A DNA stretch of 20,000 nucleotides from Basidiobolus ranarum (taxonomy: Eukaryota). The position numbers and the translations under genes are program-made. Positions 1 to 11,196 of this stretch are shown here, piece after piece. The notes under the pieces were generated by a model, which saw only the letters and a list, made by a program, of their open reading frames with translations, was not told the origin of the DNA and ran no database searches. The DNA lies in the NCBI GenBank assembly GCA_040143965.1, contig JASJQH010000002.1:54313-74312 (forward strand), read 5' to 3'. Positions within the stretch are counted from its first letter, which is position 1, and the number at the start of each line of letters is the position of its first letter.

Positions 1-1014
1 CTTGAGCTACCAGATGACAAGCTTGTTGAAGTTAAAGGTGAAAAGATTCCCTTAGGTAAGTAATGACTTTTAACTTTTTTTGAGCTGTTATCATCCTGAG
101 GTTATATCTTATTTCATTGCCATATATTTGCAGGTAGAATCGACTTTGCTGTCAGTAACGGACTACCCAGACTAACCATACCTCTACAAACCCCGGGTAC
201 TGGGGAGGTGAAAGAACATAGCTTTATACTGCATCCTGAGCTAACCCTTTCAAACCTGTATCATCAAATTCGTGATCATGGTGGTGATATCAAGCTAGTA
301 CATGTTCATGACTCTTTGAAAAATTTCTCTATCGGAGCTCGGTGGACAGCTGGGGCTTCCATAGACGACTTAATTCAAGAATCGACAATGTCGGATGCAA
401 AATCATTCTATATTATTACCGATGACACCAAAATACTTATTCGCATGCCTTCGTTTAAAGGTAAGCTTCGTATAATATCTGATCTATCATGGAATGTGTC
501 TTTTAATCAACTTTTGCCCTGTAGAACGTACAGCTAGTTTAAACAGTCAGTTGATTAATCTTCAATCTCGTCTTGATGCTTTGAACCGAGTGAAGCATAA
601 GTGCGATGTTCAAGCTAATCGAACTTCTCAGATGATTTCTATTGGTGGCTTTGCTGGTCTATGCACTTACTGCGGGGTCATGTCCAAGCTTGTCTGGGTT
701 GATCTTGGTTGGGGCGGTAAACATCACATCTCCTGAACATCTTTGTTTCTGCGATTGTCTAATTTTGTTCTTTACTAGTAATGGAGCCATTTACCTATTT
801 CTCAGGGATTGGGGCGGCAACCATCGGTTATCTTTACTTCCTAGTTACGAAGCGAGACTTCACTACTGATTCTGTGTCGAACATGGCAGCTACCCAACGC
901 CAGATAAAACTCTATGTCGAAAACGGTCTTAACATTGACCTTTATCAGCATTTAACCCAGCAAGCTAACCGTGTCCGAGAGGAGATAGATCGGATAAGAA
1001 CTAGCTATAATTAA
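1..1014 (+). CDS. MCU: Mitochondrial calcium uniporter (fungal-type MCU), 5' end outside the window. Exons <1-55, 134-460, 525-716, 779-1014.
   Basis: Three GT-AG introns (56-133, 461-524, 717-778) join the ORF fragments in frame. The product has an N-terminal domain (GLPRLTIPL...FILHP...RWTAGASIDDLI), PSFKERT, a coiled coil (KHKCD), TM1, the loop DLGW-G-VMEP-FTYF, TM2 and a C-terminal coiled coil, matching the MCU layout. Confidence 0.88.
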
Positions 1015-1420
1015 TATACATTTGTGGATGCAGGCTAGGATATAAGTTAGTTACAATTTCCTTCATTTGGCTTTTCGTCACGTTATCATTTACATTGATT
1101 TGTAACATGTCTGTCCAATTTGATTGGAAATCTTGATCATCAGAATCCATGGATTTACTGCTTTTATCCTATTTCCAAGTCATGTAACACATAGTGTATA
1201 ATAGGTTATTAAACTAATCAACCCTATTCCAACCAATTATACCATTTCCCCATCTTTTCTTATAATTGTTATGGACCGCTTTTTTCATAAAGTTATATTT
1301 ATACTAAGCCCCGTTCTCTTTGAAAACGTAATAGAGATATCAATATTTACCTTTAATTCAGATTCTCTATTAGCTGTTTTTTATTTTAATCCTTCACTCC
1401 AAGTGTAATCCAGTCCAAAA

Positions 1421-1475
1421 GTAACCTGAAATACAAAAGTCTACTTCTCTGGTCTAATACTTACAAACTTCACAG
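1421..1475 (+). other. Possible 5'-UTR intron of the MATH-BTB gene
   Basis: GTAACC donor, CTAAT branch-like motif and CACAG acceptor. It is 55 nt long, about 100 nt upstream of ATG 1574, and similar in size to the other introns here. Confidence 0.35.
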
Positions 1476-1573
1476 GAACAACAGTTTCCTTTTTCAAATT
1501 GTTTACCTTTCAATACGAGTGACTTGACAAAATTGAAACAAGAAATTAGCAAACGTATCTACTCTCTTTCATT

Positions 1574-2803
1574 ATGGCAAGTTTAGATACAAGCACGGGA
1601 CGTAAGAGACCGGTGGTTTCCGATTCGCACATGTACTACTCGTTTCAATGGGAGGTAAAAAATTTTCACGATATAACCACGCGTAAGGTTTGCACTTCGG
1701 AATTTCTTATCATGGACACTATCTGGCGGTTAGAAATCTATCCTATCGGCTATGACGAACATGAGAATTTTGTATCGGTCTATTTAAGACCCACTCGGTT
1801 ACCTTGCCCTAAAGAAGTGGAATTTTGCATATATCTAAAGTTAGACGTTGGATTAAAACGTAAATTGAAAAAATTCACCAGTAGAAGAGTTTTCTGTGAG
1901 AAACAATCGCAGGGATTTGAACGTTTCGTCGATAGAAGGGAGCTTTATGAATTACTTGGTGAACGTGATAGCTTTATAGTTGGTGTGGAATTGTTTTTTA
2001 TTGACGTGAATATTGAGACGGAATTCTCGGACTTTCATTTGAGCGAATCTGGTGTTACGGATATCTCGGGCTTGGAAGCGTTCGATCCGCCTAGTTACTA
2101 CGTACCTCAATTCGAAGACAAACTAAATGATCCAAACTTTAGTGATGTAGAATTTAAAGTAGATGGGAAAGATTTGTACGCTACTAAGTTCCTGTTATGT
2201 TGTAGAAGTAGCTATTTTAGAGCCATGTTCCAGACGTCTAATATGTGTGAAAGCACTCAGCAAACGATTCATCTTCCTGGGTTTAAATACGAGCCGGTCT
2301 TGGCTGTCTTCAAGTATATTTACACTGGCTGCTTCGAATTTGATATAGATGATTTGAAGCCACAAGCTGTTAAAGAAGACACTGAAAAGAACTCTTTCGA
2401 ATATTTATCGGCCGTTTATACACTTGCCGATATGTACGAATTACCTGAGTTATGTCGTTGGATAGAGAGGATACTGGTGACCATAGTATCCATCAAGAAT
2501 TATGATCAGCTGTTACATTTTGCCCATAGATATGAGCTTTGTCGGGTCCTAGCGAAAATTTGTCTATTTGTCGCGAAGCACTGGCTGGATATTCAGCACT
2601 CGGATTCATTTATGACTTTGTTGAATAGTGGAGATGGCCCATTGATTCTCATGCTGTTCAATGGAGTTATGATGGCAAGAACCGGCGCTTCAGAGCGAGA
2701 GGTTTACCAGCGTTTACTGGCTAGACGTGACTTGGATCCCAGTGAAAGCTTAAGTGCAAGTAGTGATGATGTTCCTTCTGAATTAGAAATCACTTATTCG
2801 TAG
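1574..2803 (+). CDS. MATH-BTB/POZ protein (SPOP-like Cullin-3 substrate adaptor), 409 aa, coding region intronless
   Basis: MATH motifs FQWEVKNF, WRLEIYPIG, FVSVYL and QGFERFV. BTB motifs FSDVEFKVDG, LLCCRSSYFRAMF, YIYTG and LADMYELPEL, followed by BACK-like helices. Confidence 0.9.
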   Translation: MASLDTSTGRKRPVVSDSHMYYSFQWEVKNFHDITTRKVCTSEFLIMDTIWRLEIYPIGYDEHENFVSVYLRPTRLPCPKEVEFCIYLKLDVGLKRKLKKFTSRRVFCEKQSQGFERFVDRRELYELLGERDSFIVGVELFFIDVNIETEFSDFHLSESGVTDISGLEAFDPPSYYVPQFEDKLNDPNFSDVEFKVDGKDLYATKFLLCCRSSYFRAMFQTSNMCESTQQTIHLPGFKYEPVLAVFKYIYTGCFEFDIDDLKPQAVKEDTEKNSFEYLSAVYTLADMYELPELCRWIERILVTIVSIKNYDQLLHFAHRYELCRVLAKICLFVAKHWLDIQHSDSFMTLLNSGDGPLILMLFNGVMMARTGASEREVYQRLLARRDLDPSESLSASSDDVPSELEITYS

Positions 2804-3243
2804 ATTTCAGATATTAATAGAACAATGAAGTTCAGTATCTCGTTTCTTGTTTCTTTAACATCCGCTTTCATGTTGTTTAATATATTACTAGTTACTTCCA
2901 TGACCCTACCGCACCATTTCTATATTGAACTTATCTCTATTCCACATGGGGCTTTAAGATTGTACATTCATATCGAAATGACAAATTGTGCTTTTTCTCT
3001 TTAATTTCATCTAATGTATCACTGAACTATCTACGACCACTTTTTATCATTAAAGCATAAATCAACAGTAGAAGTCCATTTTTATATATCTATAAATATG
3101 GATTTGGGATTGAATTGCACAGGGTTTAAACAGAAATGGGTCTGTGAGGTGATTGTTCATGTAATAAACACTCACTCACTTTTCTATTTGTTTGATTTTT
3201 TGGTTGGGATGACTACCAGTGACTTTGAAAAGGCTCATCCGAG

Positions 3244-4351
3244 TTACTCCGTTCTTTGTTTTCCTTGTTTCTTGGTGCTTGTATCTTGGCGTATTAATGC
3301 TAAGAATATACCTATAGTATATCCTAATAGAGATCCCAGTACACATGGAATTGGCCAAGCCTGGTGATGTAGAAATGAACGTTCGATATGATAAGAAGTA
3401 TAAATTGAGAATAAGCTCTGCAGTTAAATTCTTACCTGCCAAGGTCTATCCCAATCTAAAGGGATTACGATTGCACCAAGCCATGCACCAAACACTCCAC
3501 TTACCAATGGATAAAAGGCGAAACGTTCTTTATAGTTCTCTGGGCTAAAAAATATTCATTTAGTTTTCCATTCTATACTCCACGAGAGAATAAAATGAGT
3601 GGAATAGATTCATATTCTAGCCTACTGTTTCTACACATTCCCTTCTAAGCTCTCGAAATAAATAAACCCGATTTCTTACCCTGTTTGAAAAAATACTCGA
3701 ATCCAAGCTTCTGTATCATATTGGAAAACTGAACTCGCAGGAAATACCAAAAGTAGTGACATATACATGGCACCATACCACGTGTGTTGTACAGCTCTAT
3801 GAAAATAAAGATGATTAAAACTAAACTTCCTTTCTTACATTATCATATCAATAAAGAGACTCACTCAGTTAAAGGGGCACCAAATAGAACAGCCAACGTA
3901 TGAAATAAAAAGATTCCACCCAAAGTCAACAAACTAGCCGAAATTAAAGTCTAAAAAGCAAATGAACCCCAGTTGATAAGTTAACACCGAAATTCTATAA
4001 TCCCTTAATAAAGTACTCCTTTCTTGCAACAAGTCAAACTTCTCCACTTTATGAAAAGAACGGATACGTTATGGTAAGTATTAAAGTTTTACATACCGTA
4101 GCTCTTTTTTTAAGTGTAATAGTTCCGGGTTTTTTTTTACTTTGATTGGTTTTCTCAATATATAACCAACCATTTGTTAATAACAAGGCTCTTGTCATGA
4201 ATAATACGGTATTTGTCCATTCTAAATACTCTGCAGGTTTTTCAAATAAAGAATAACCAGGTAAAAGTAGTAACGTGGTAATTGCCAAAGTCACTTGACC
4301 TACCGAAGAAAGTAAGTTGGGTAACTTTGGAAAGTTCGTGTGATTCTTCAT
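3244..4351 (-). CDS. GPI11: GPI anchor biosynthesis protein PIG-F/Gpi11, about 227 aa. Exons 4351-4097, 3950-3865, 3796-3680, 3544-3436, 3360-3244.
   Basis: The spliced translation gives FHTLAVLFGAPL, AWIRVFF and the PIG-F signature [24 protein letters not shown]. All four introns are GT-AG and the phases are consistent. The ORF track mostly misses this gene. Confidence 0.93.
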
Positions 4352-4720
4352 GTTTGTCAACAAAGTTAGTAAACCTTGACTTCAAATAATTTGGAAGTTC
4401 ACTTCCCTTTCAATTACGCATACAAGTTGTTTGATGGTAATCAGCATGAATCGATTAATCGAAACCGGTTTCATTCTTGATTGATTGATGAACAAGGGAC
4501 ATTTATTAGCACAAAAGAGATCCATTAAGTTACAAAATAACCGAAGACTAGGAAATCAAATACTACGTAAAAGCTAAATTGAAGGTGGCAAAGTTAAATG
4601 GATTGTCTGCATGTTAGTATACAAAGCTATAAGGTAGACCGTCATATAAATGAACTATCTAAATGAAAAGAAATCCCTTAGAAAATTAATTCCCAATTTT
4701 CTAGCCAATCTTCTGCTCGT

Positions 4721-6681
4721 TTAATCACAGATACGATTCACCTCTTCCTGCGCTTCTTCCCATGGCTCTAAATTCTACAAAAGGTGAGTGATATCAGTAC
4801 ACTCGATTGTCTAACCAAGCAGTTGCGAGAAAGTCTTACCTTTTTGCACCATTTAACTTGGGCTTTAGCATAAGCAAGCAACATATCTCGTAAATCCAAT
4901 TCTTTGCGCTTTTGGAATCGATCTAGGTCAATCTGGATGTTTGTTGAGATATCGGCGAGTTCAGCATTGATCATTTCTAATTGCTCTTCCAACTAAAAAT
5001 TGATAAACAGTTACCACTACTTCAACGTACCAAAAGTAATCTATCATGCTTAAAATACCAGAGTGATTTGCTCTCGCGTTCTGCCAATGTTGTTCCGTCT
5101 GGTGGCCTCCGGATCAACATCCATGATTCCATGGATAGTATAACTCAACCGATTTAAAAATGATGTGCTACTCTTCTTTCGGGAAGATGATGGTGTACCT
5201 GATGCCGAGGATATGACTGAGGCAGCAGATGAGGGTGGTGTAGGCCTGGGTGACCCAAAAGTGTTGCCTTCGATGCTGGTGGTTTGGTCTACTTCATAAT
5301 TGGTGATGTCTGGTTCATTAGCTGTGGGAGGAGTGGTACCAAGAGGGGCATTAATGAGGTCCTCTTCATCCAGTAGAGCGGTCTTCTTTAGAGCTTCTTC
5401 TAATCTCTTCGATTCTTGTTCGGCAAGTTCTAATTCATTGAGATATATACGTTTATTGGCCAAAGAATCCGAGGTAGTTTCAAGTTGCAAGTGCTTCAAA
5501 TAACGATACTTCAACAGCTTCTTAATAATCGATGAGAACTGGACATATTCTTGTAGAGGCTCGGAGAATTCGCACTCCAATGTCGTAACCTAAACCATGA
5601 ATAAAAGTAAATATCACATGCTTGTGTTATACAAAATATCAGAGGTTACCATGGATCCAGTAGACATGAACGTAGCGTCCACAGCCTGTCCAATCCGTTC
5701 GATCGCATTAGCCAAAGAGTCAGTTTCATTAAGACTGAATCCATTGAAAACAGCACCGAGTTCGGCAAAGTCATTCGCAAGATCTAGAGGCTATGTCAGA
5801 GCATTGTTATGAAATATAGACGGTTGTTCGCTTTACCTCCAAGTTTCTTTGTAACTCTCTTTTGGGTCTTCTCAAGAGCTGTGATATGATTGGAGAATTT
5901 ATTGGTGTAAAGTTCACATTCCAGAAAACGAGGATCTGGCTTCTTTAATTGTTGAAGTGAGCTAGGTGTAGGCAACGGCGAAGGACTGGCTTGACTTTGA
6001 GAGGCAACCACTGGGGATGGTGGTGTCTGAAGTAGATTCTTAGGTATATTACTCAACGGTGGGGAATGCAATACTTCTGCCTGCAGATAGACATAGGAAT
6101 TTTAGTCACCAAGTAGCTTTAAAGCCGTAAAAGATCACATCATACCCATGATACATTCTCCAAAAACCGATGGAATACATGGTCCTCAGAGAGAATTGTA
6201 TGTTCTGCTACACGGTTCAAAAAGGATTGTAATAAACGTTTACGCTTTTCTACCATTAAGATATCATCCTTTCGATTCTGCATGGTAGCATAATGTGCTA
6301 TTTAAAAGTAAAGTATGCAGGGTAGTTAGAACGAAATAGTTTTGAGATACTTTCGACAAATATTTACCAATGGAGTGTTTTCTGGGTATTGGCGGAACAA
6401 TACAACTAGGGTGTAGTTTGCAAAGAGCATTTCGTAAAGATTCAAACTCCGAATATCTACGCCTAACCTCAAAGTTCTTAAATATTTATGAAAAGGGAAG
6501 GTCAGTAAGCGAGACTCTGCACCATTACTTCTATTAAAGTAGTCAGACTTACACCAAAATTTATCACATAAGTAACGTAAGGACTTCCACCATTATCACT
6601 AGCCTTTTGTGATCCAATTATTTTAAATGAATTACGTCGGAAGGCATACTCAATTTTGCAACAACAATCTGAATACTCCAT
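4721..6681 (-). CDS. SNX41: PX-BAR sorting nexin, Snx41/Atg20 family, about 501 aa. Exons 6681-6553, 6476-6368, 6297-6146, 6080-5837, 5783-5650, 5589-5059, 4992-4840, 4774-4721.
   Basis: PX motifs YVTYVI, VRRRYSEFESLR, IVPPIPRKH and RKRLLQSFLNRV. BAR region AELGAVFNGFSL, FSEPLQEYVQF, IHGIMDVDPEATRR (characteristic of Snx41) and the C-terminus WCKKNLEPWEEA. The start codon is less certain than the rest. Confidence 0.88.
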
Positions 6682-7320
6682 ATTGAAGTTAAATACGCCC
6701 AATAGTCAAAGCGGAGTGTGTTTTGAAACTATATAATTCTTCGACTGGGAATTTTGTTGAATTACCAAAAATTACAACCCCTCTAAACTGTGTGGATGAA
6801 GGAAACTTTAGCGTGGAGTGGGGTGAGAGGAAATAAGGAGTGAATAAAGACGGTATAATTATGAACAAGAAAAAGGACGCAAGCAATTTGACAATATCAA
6901 TTTATTCATTAAATATTTAATCAAACTTCACAGTGGTAGAACATGGATAAAAGAAATCGAGAAATAAACATGTAAATAAGCAAAATAAGGAGGGAGTTTT
7001 GGAGTTTGGACTGCTTATTTGGTAAGATCTCTTGTCATCGTAACAATCATGTTGTACTTTTGACATCTGCGTCATCTTTGAGATCAACATTCATTCTCTT
7101 TGACTTTAACTGGTTATGTACAGTGTTTTAATCTAAAATGTGACGATTTCATAAAATAAATGCGACGATCACAAAAAATTGGAGATAAGTTGTCACATCA
7201 ATCATATTTTAGCGATATTTGAACTTCATGCTTTAAGCCACCATTCCACCTAAAAAGCGTAAGTTGCCTCCTCCCACTATATACTAACATACTCGGCTGT
7301 TACTTTTTCTTTAAATTACT

Positions 7321-8577
7321 ATGAGAGGCCAGGATAAAACCCAACGAAAAGAGCGGCATCGAGGGCAAAGTTTGAAGGATAGAGAGGAGGCTTTGAAAAT
7401 GTATACCTCACAGGTGCTTCTTTACATTTTTCAGAAAATCTAAATATCTACCTAACGAAATCTACATAGATATCGGATCCTTTAGGAGAATATCGACTCT
7501 TCATGCAACGACTTCGCTCCAACGGTGCAGCTACTGAAGATTATACACACATCCCTCGAAACCTGATAGGTATATGACATGTTATGAATACTTAGAAATA
7601 CTGTTCGTAAGAGATTTAACTGTAGTTTGAATGATTTAGACTTGGCAGTCGTTCTGATTGCTTCCATCGTTGCTAGAGATAGCTTTCTCTTACCTCGCAC
7701 TCGCTCGATTGGCGATCCCATCAACCATTCCATCAGGATTAACCACACAGCCAGGAAGTTCATTCGCAAAGTTTTGGGTTTAACCCAGCTCTCGTGTACT
7801 AGCTTAATCCTTAGCTTGTTCTTCGCAGTAAGATTGCAACGTGAATCAAACCAGGTATACCAGACATACAGAAAGAGCAAACATCGCTTTTATAGTACTT
7901 GTGGTAAGAAGCAGTCATCCGATATGAGTGAGCTAGATAAAACCGAAGGATGGACTACGATCTCTATGTTTTTAGCGTCAGTTATTGTTGCCGATAAATA
8001 TCTTTCCGATATTACATATACAAATAAGGATTGGGTGGACTTTACGCGTGGTAAATATACTCTCCTTGAGATCAATGAAATGGAAAGGAGGTTTTTGTCT
8101 CAGTTGAATTATAAACTTTACATTACGGAAGAGATGTATGAAGCATTTCTGTCGTACATTGAAGTGGCTCTAAGTCTAAACCAAATTGCTGGACGTGATA
8201 CGCTAACGTACAAGGATCTATCCTTACTGTCTCAATCTTTATTACCTGAATACGTCACTCGCCTGGATCTGTCATTGCGTCCCTTGGATGCTATAGTGCT
8301 TATGAGCAAAATGCTTAGTATTGTCTGTTTATGCTATGTTGCTGTGGTTGGCATTTTAGTTGGTGTAATCGCTAATTGTCTATATGGTGACAGCATTCAG
8401 AACTGTTCTATCAATAGTCATCCAATGAGCTCAAGATCTTCTTTAAATCACTCATACTCTAGCCATCAACAGCCATTCGTTACAAAGCAATCGTTAATCT
8501 GCACGCTCAACAACTTATCTGTTCCTTCACGAGCACTTGATAAACACACTATATTTGAATATCTCTTTTCATTGTAG
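7321..8577 (+). CDS. PHO80/Pcl-type cyclin with a C-terminal hydrophobic helix (CNPPD1-like), about 376 aa. Exons 7321-7413, 7470-7569, 7640-8577.
   Basis: Cyclin box FLASVIVADKYLSD..YTNKDW..EINEMERRFLSQLNYKL, then TYKDLSLL and the hydrophobic stretch MLSIVCLCYVAVVGILVGVIA. Two GT-AG introns link the upstream ATG in frame. Confidence 0.82.
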
Positions 8578-8795
8578 CTCATGCTACAATGTTTAACATA
8601 TCCCTGAGGTATGATTTAGGTAAATAGTAAAGTAAATAATATGTGCTATAATGAGCATCCTTAAATTGTAAAATGAATTATTATTCTTGATCTAATTTCG
8701 AGTAAAGTTAAAAGTACAGATAAGAAAGATTAATGAACCATTTGTATGTATACGAGTGCAAGTATTTACGCGTCTTTTTCTTTTGATAAACTGGG

Positions 8796-9955
8796 TTACT
8801 CTTTATCCATTTCTATAGTTGCGGTGCCTCCCAAATCCGTTGATAAGGCAGAGGCCACAGCTTCAAGTTCTTCTAAAATTCTATCATTCTCTGTGGTATC
8901 CTCTTCTTCGTCTTCTGGTAGGGTAGACGCTGTGGCAATAAGTTCCTCTACATTTGTTATTTCCGCCATTTTTTCCTCGACTGGTTTAGGGATAATCTCT
9001 TTGGGGATTTCGTAAGTTGAACTTACGTCTTCACTGACCACGGTGATTCCCTCAGGTCGTTGAGTGTACACCTCAATGGTTGGGTACTCAATGATGGTTT
9101 TGTGAAAGAGAGAATCTTGAAGGGGTTTATCTAACGAGAGTTCCCAGTATTCTTTACGAGTAGCCTAGAATTTTACAACAAATGGGTCAACGATTCATAT
9201 CACAATATGAAATATTCAGAGATAAAAATACTTACTGGAAGGAATGGAACTCTCATCAAAAGGATCAAAGAATCTAAAGGAGCACTGGCGTAGGTAGTCA
9301 ATTTCGTGAGATTCAAAAGATTATCAGGTCGATTCTCAAGATGGTTCGTTAATAATTCCCGAAGTGTTTTATTCTCGGGTGCACGAGAATCCGTTAAAGT
9401 CAAGTTACACTCGTTGAAAACCCAATCAACAGTCCAATGAATCTGTTTGAGTTTTGTGTGCCAAATACTCTTGTTACACGTACGACGCTTCATGCCTTGA
9501 GACATTCTCGATAGTCTCACACCATGTCGTTTCGCGTTGCTAGCCAAAAGATTATTCCGATGGGCACCACGACGTGCCTCAGAGTTTAACGATAAATTCT
9601 CTCTAGCTGCGTTATCGGTTGTTCTCGAAGTTTCTTCTAAGAATACATAGTCTACCGTTGAAAAAGATTTCTTAGTATTGAATTGACAAACTGAAGGGAA
9701 AGGTACTTGTGGAGACTTACCACTCATCATGTTATTGTAATCGTATTGGTTTAAACTAATGAAATGGTTTTTTGAACGTTCACCGGAACAACCGGTTTCC
9801 GCCTTGTGTTGTTTTGAGCAATTTAAAGAACAAGTTTTTAATAGGCACCTAGGGCATTTGTACTTCCAAGTATTCTCCTTACAGTATTCGCAAAGTTGAT
9901 TATTTTCTTCCTTCATATGCAAGGTATTTACAGGTTCAGGTTTTGGTGAAGTCAT
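8796..9955 (-). CDS. BCD1: Box C/D snoRNA biogenesis protein Bcd1/ZNHIT6 (zf-HIT), about 339 aa. Exons 9955-9721, 9651-9236, 9164-8796.
   Basis: zf-HIT CEYC..KYKCPRC..TCSLNCSKQHK..GCSGER. The motif MMSDYVFLEE is restored by removing the in-frame 69-nt intron. Also GMKRR..NKS, IHWTVDW, KTIIEYPTIEV and an acidic tail. Confidence 0.92.
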
Positions 9956-10097
9956 TGTAGAGGATTTTCAATAGTAAGCCAAAATACACCATATAAATTA
10001 CAGAAAGAAAAAAAAAGAAAAAAATAGATTCAAATATAACACTGATATCATCGCTTTGTATTCATCGAATTCATAAAGTGCATAAAAAATGATAGGC

Positions 10098-10658
10098 TTA
10101 TAAGTAAATTTTATACTTGTATTCATATAGCATGGTATGCCTCTTTTCATGGTTTGTAAGAGCCAGCTTTCGGGTGAATGTTTTCGTGCAACTGAGATGC
10201 GTACACACGTACGGTCTAACACCAGTGTGGATTTTTTTGTGACGTGCTAATGAGGAGGACTACAAAATATCAGTTGTATTCATAAACCAATCATTTAGTG
10301 ACGATCTCGTTTTCAAACTTACTCCGCCAAAAGTCTGAATACACTCTGGATACTTGCATTTGTATGGTTTCTCTCCAGTATGAGTGCGGACATGCACATT
10401 GAGAGCTGAGCGTTGAATAAATCGTTTGTCACAATGGCCGCAACTGAATGCTTTCTCTCCTGTGTGAACGCATATATGTCGGAGCAGTTCTGAGTTGCGC
10501 TTAAATCTTTTTCCACACTCAGGCCAAGTACATTCCACTTTGCGTGAGTCAACACCAATACTCTTGGATCCTTGTTCAGCTGAATGAAAATCCAGCGGTG
10601 GGTTTGAGTTTAGAATCAAGCTTAAATCCATATAAGATAGAATAGCCCAGTCGTTCAT
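10098..10658 (-). CDS. Small C2H2 zinc-finger transcription factor with 4 fingers, about 165 aa. Exons 10658-10323 and 10259-10098.
   Basis: Fingers CTWPEC..HICVH, CGHC..HVRTH, CKYPEC..(intron)..[11 protein letters not shown] and CTHLSC..HEKRH, with TGEK/TGEKPY/TGVRPY linkers. GT-AG intron at 10322-10260. Confidence 0.9.
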
Positions 10659-11196
10659 AAGTGGCGCGAGAAGATGGTCGGTGAGCTGATATAAATACGA
10701 AGAGAGTGATGATTAAGATAAACCCAAATAGACCTAACTAGGGATACAACCAGCTAACTAGCAATACAGTCAGTTAACCATGAATTCAGCCAGTGTCAAA
10801 CTAAATGGTGTTCATGCATGAAATCTTGGACAGCCATCGAGCGATTGAGAGCTTTGCGCTCGATTAGCTGCCAAGGACTAAGTCAACGATTCAAGTGACT
10901 AAAGGTTAGAGCCGTAAGTAGATTGAAATCCATGATTGAAATCCATTCTACTGATCCTATTCCGATTCTTATCTCGATTCTTTAGCAATGCTTTGGATCG
11001 GAAAAGGTTGATTTAGGGCTAGGGCTAGTCTAAGCCTTAGAATTGTTTCATTAATGGATTTATTTCGCTTCAGGTTTCAAACATACACAAACGTACACGT
11101 ACGAGAGAGAGAGAGTTACAAATTCTTACTTGGATATAATTAAAAGAGTTTGGCCGGATACTTGTAGAGTATTTGCGTTTGGGGTGTAATAGTGAC

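Noticed and set aside
3098-3548. Track ORFs 3098-3367(+), 3176-3442(-) and 3345-3548(+)
   Set aside because: They are antisense or off-frame shadows of GPI11 exons with no recognisable motifs.
4072-4080. U1 snRNA 5' end (ATACTTACC on the minus strand) inside GPI11 intron 1
   Set aside because: The match stops after 9 nt and no U1 stem-loops follow.
3545-4096. Intronic snoRNAs in the two longer GPI11 introns (135 and 146 nt)
   Set aside because: No C (TGATGA) or D (CTGA) box pair and no clear H/ACA architecture were found.
6689-6886. 65-aa hydrophobic ORF upstream of SNX41
   Set aside because: It has a non-ATG start and lies in pyrimidine-rich promoter/5'-UTR sequence, so it is probably spurious.
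7482-8075. Minus-strand ORFs overlapping the cyclin gene, and similar shadow ORFs at 5300-5812, 8746-9015, 11294-11940, 14510-14710, 15313-15549 and 18057-18299
   Set aside because: They are antisense to well-supported genes and show no independent coding features.
9652-9720. Apparent 23-aa insertion in Bcd1 in the ORF track
   Set aside because: It is an in-frame, stop-free 69-nt GT-AG intron; removing it restores the conserved SDYxFLE motif.
11103-11115. (GA)6 microsatellite
   Set aside because: Short and commonplace, lying just downstream of the secreted-protein gene.
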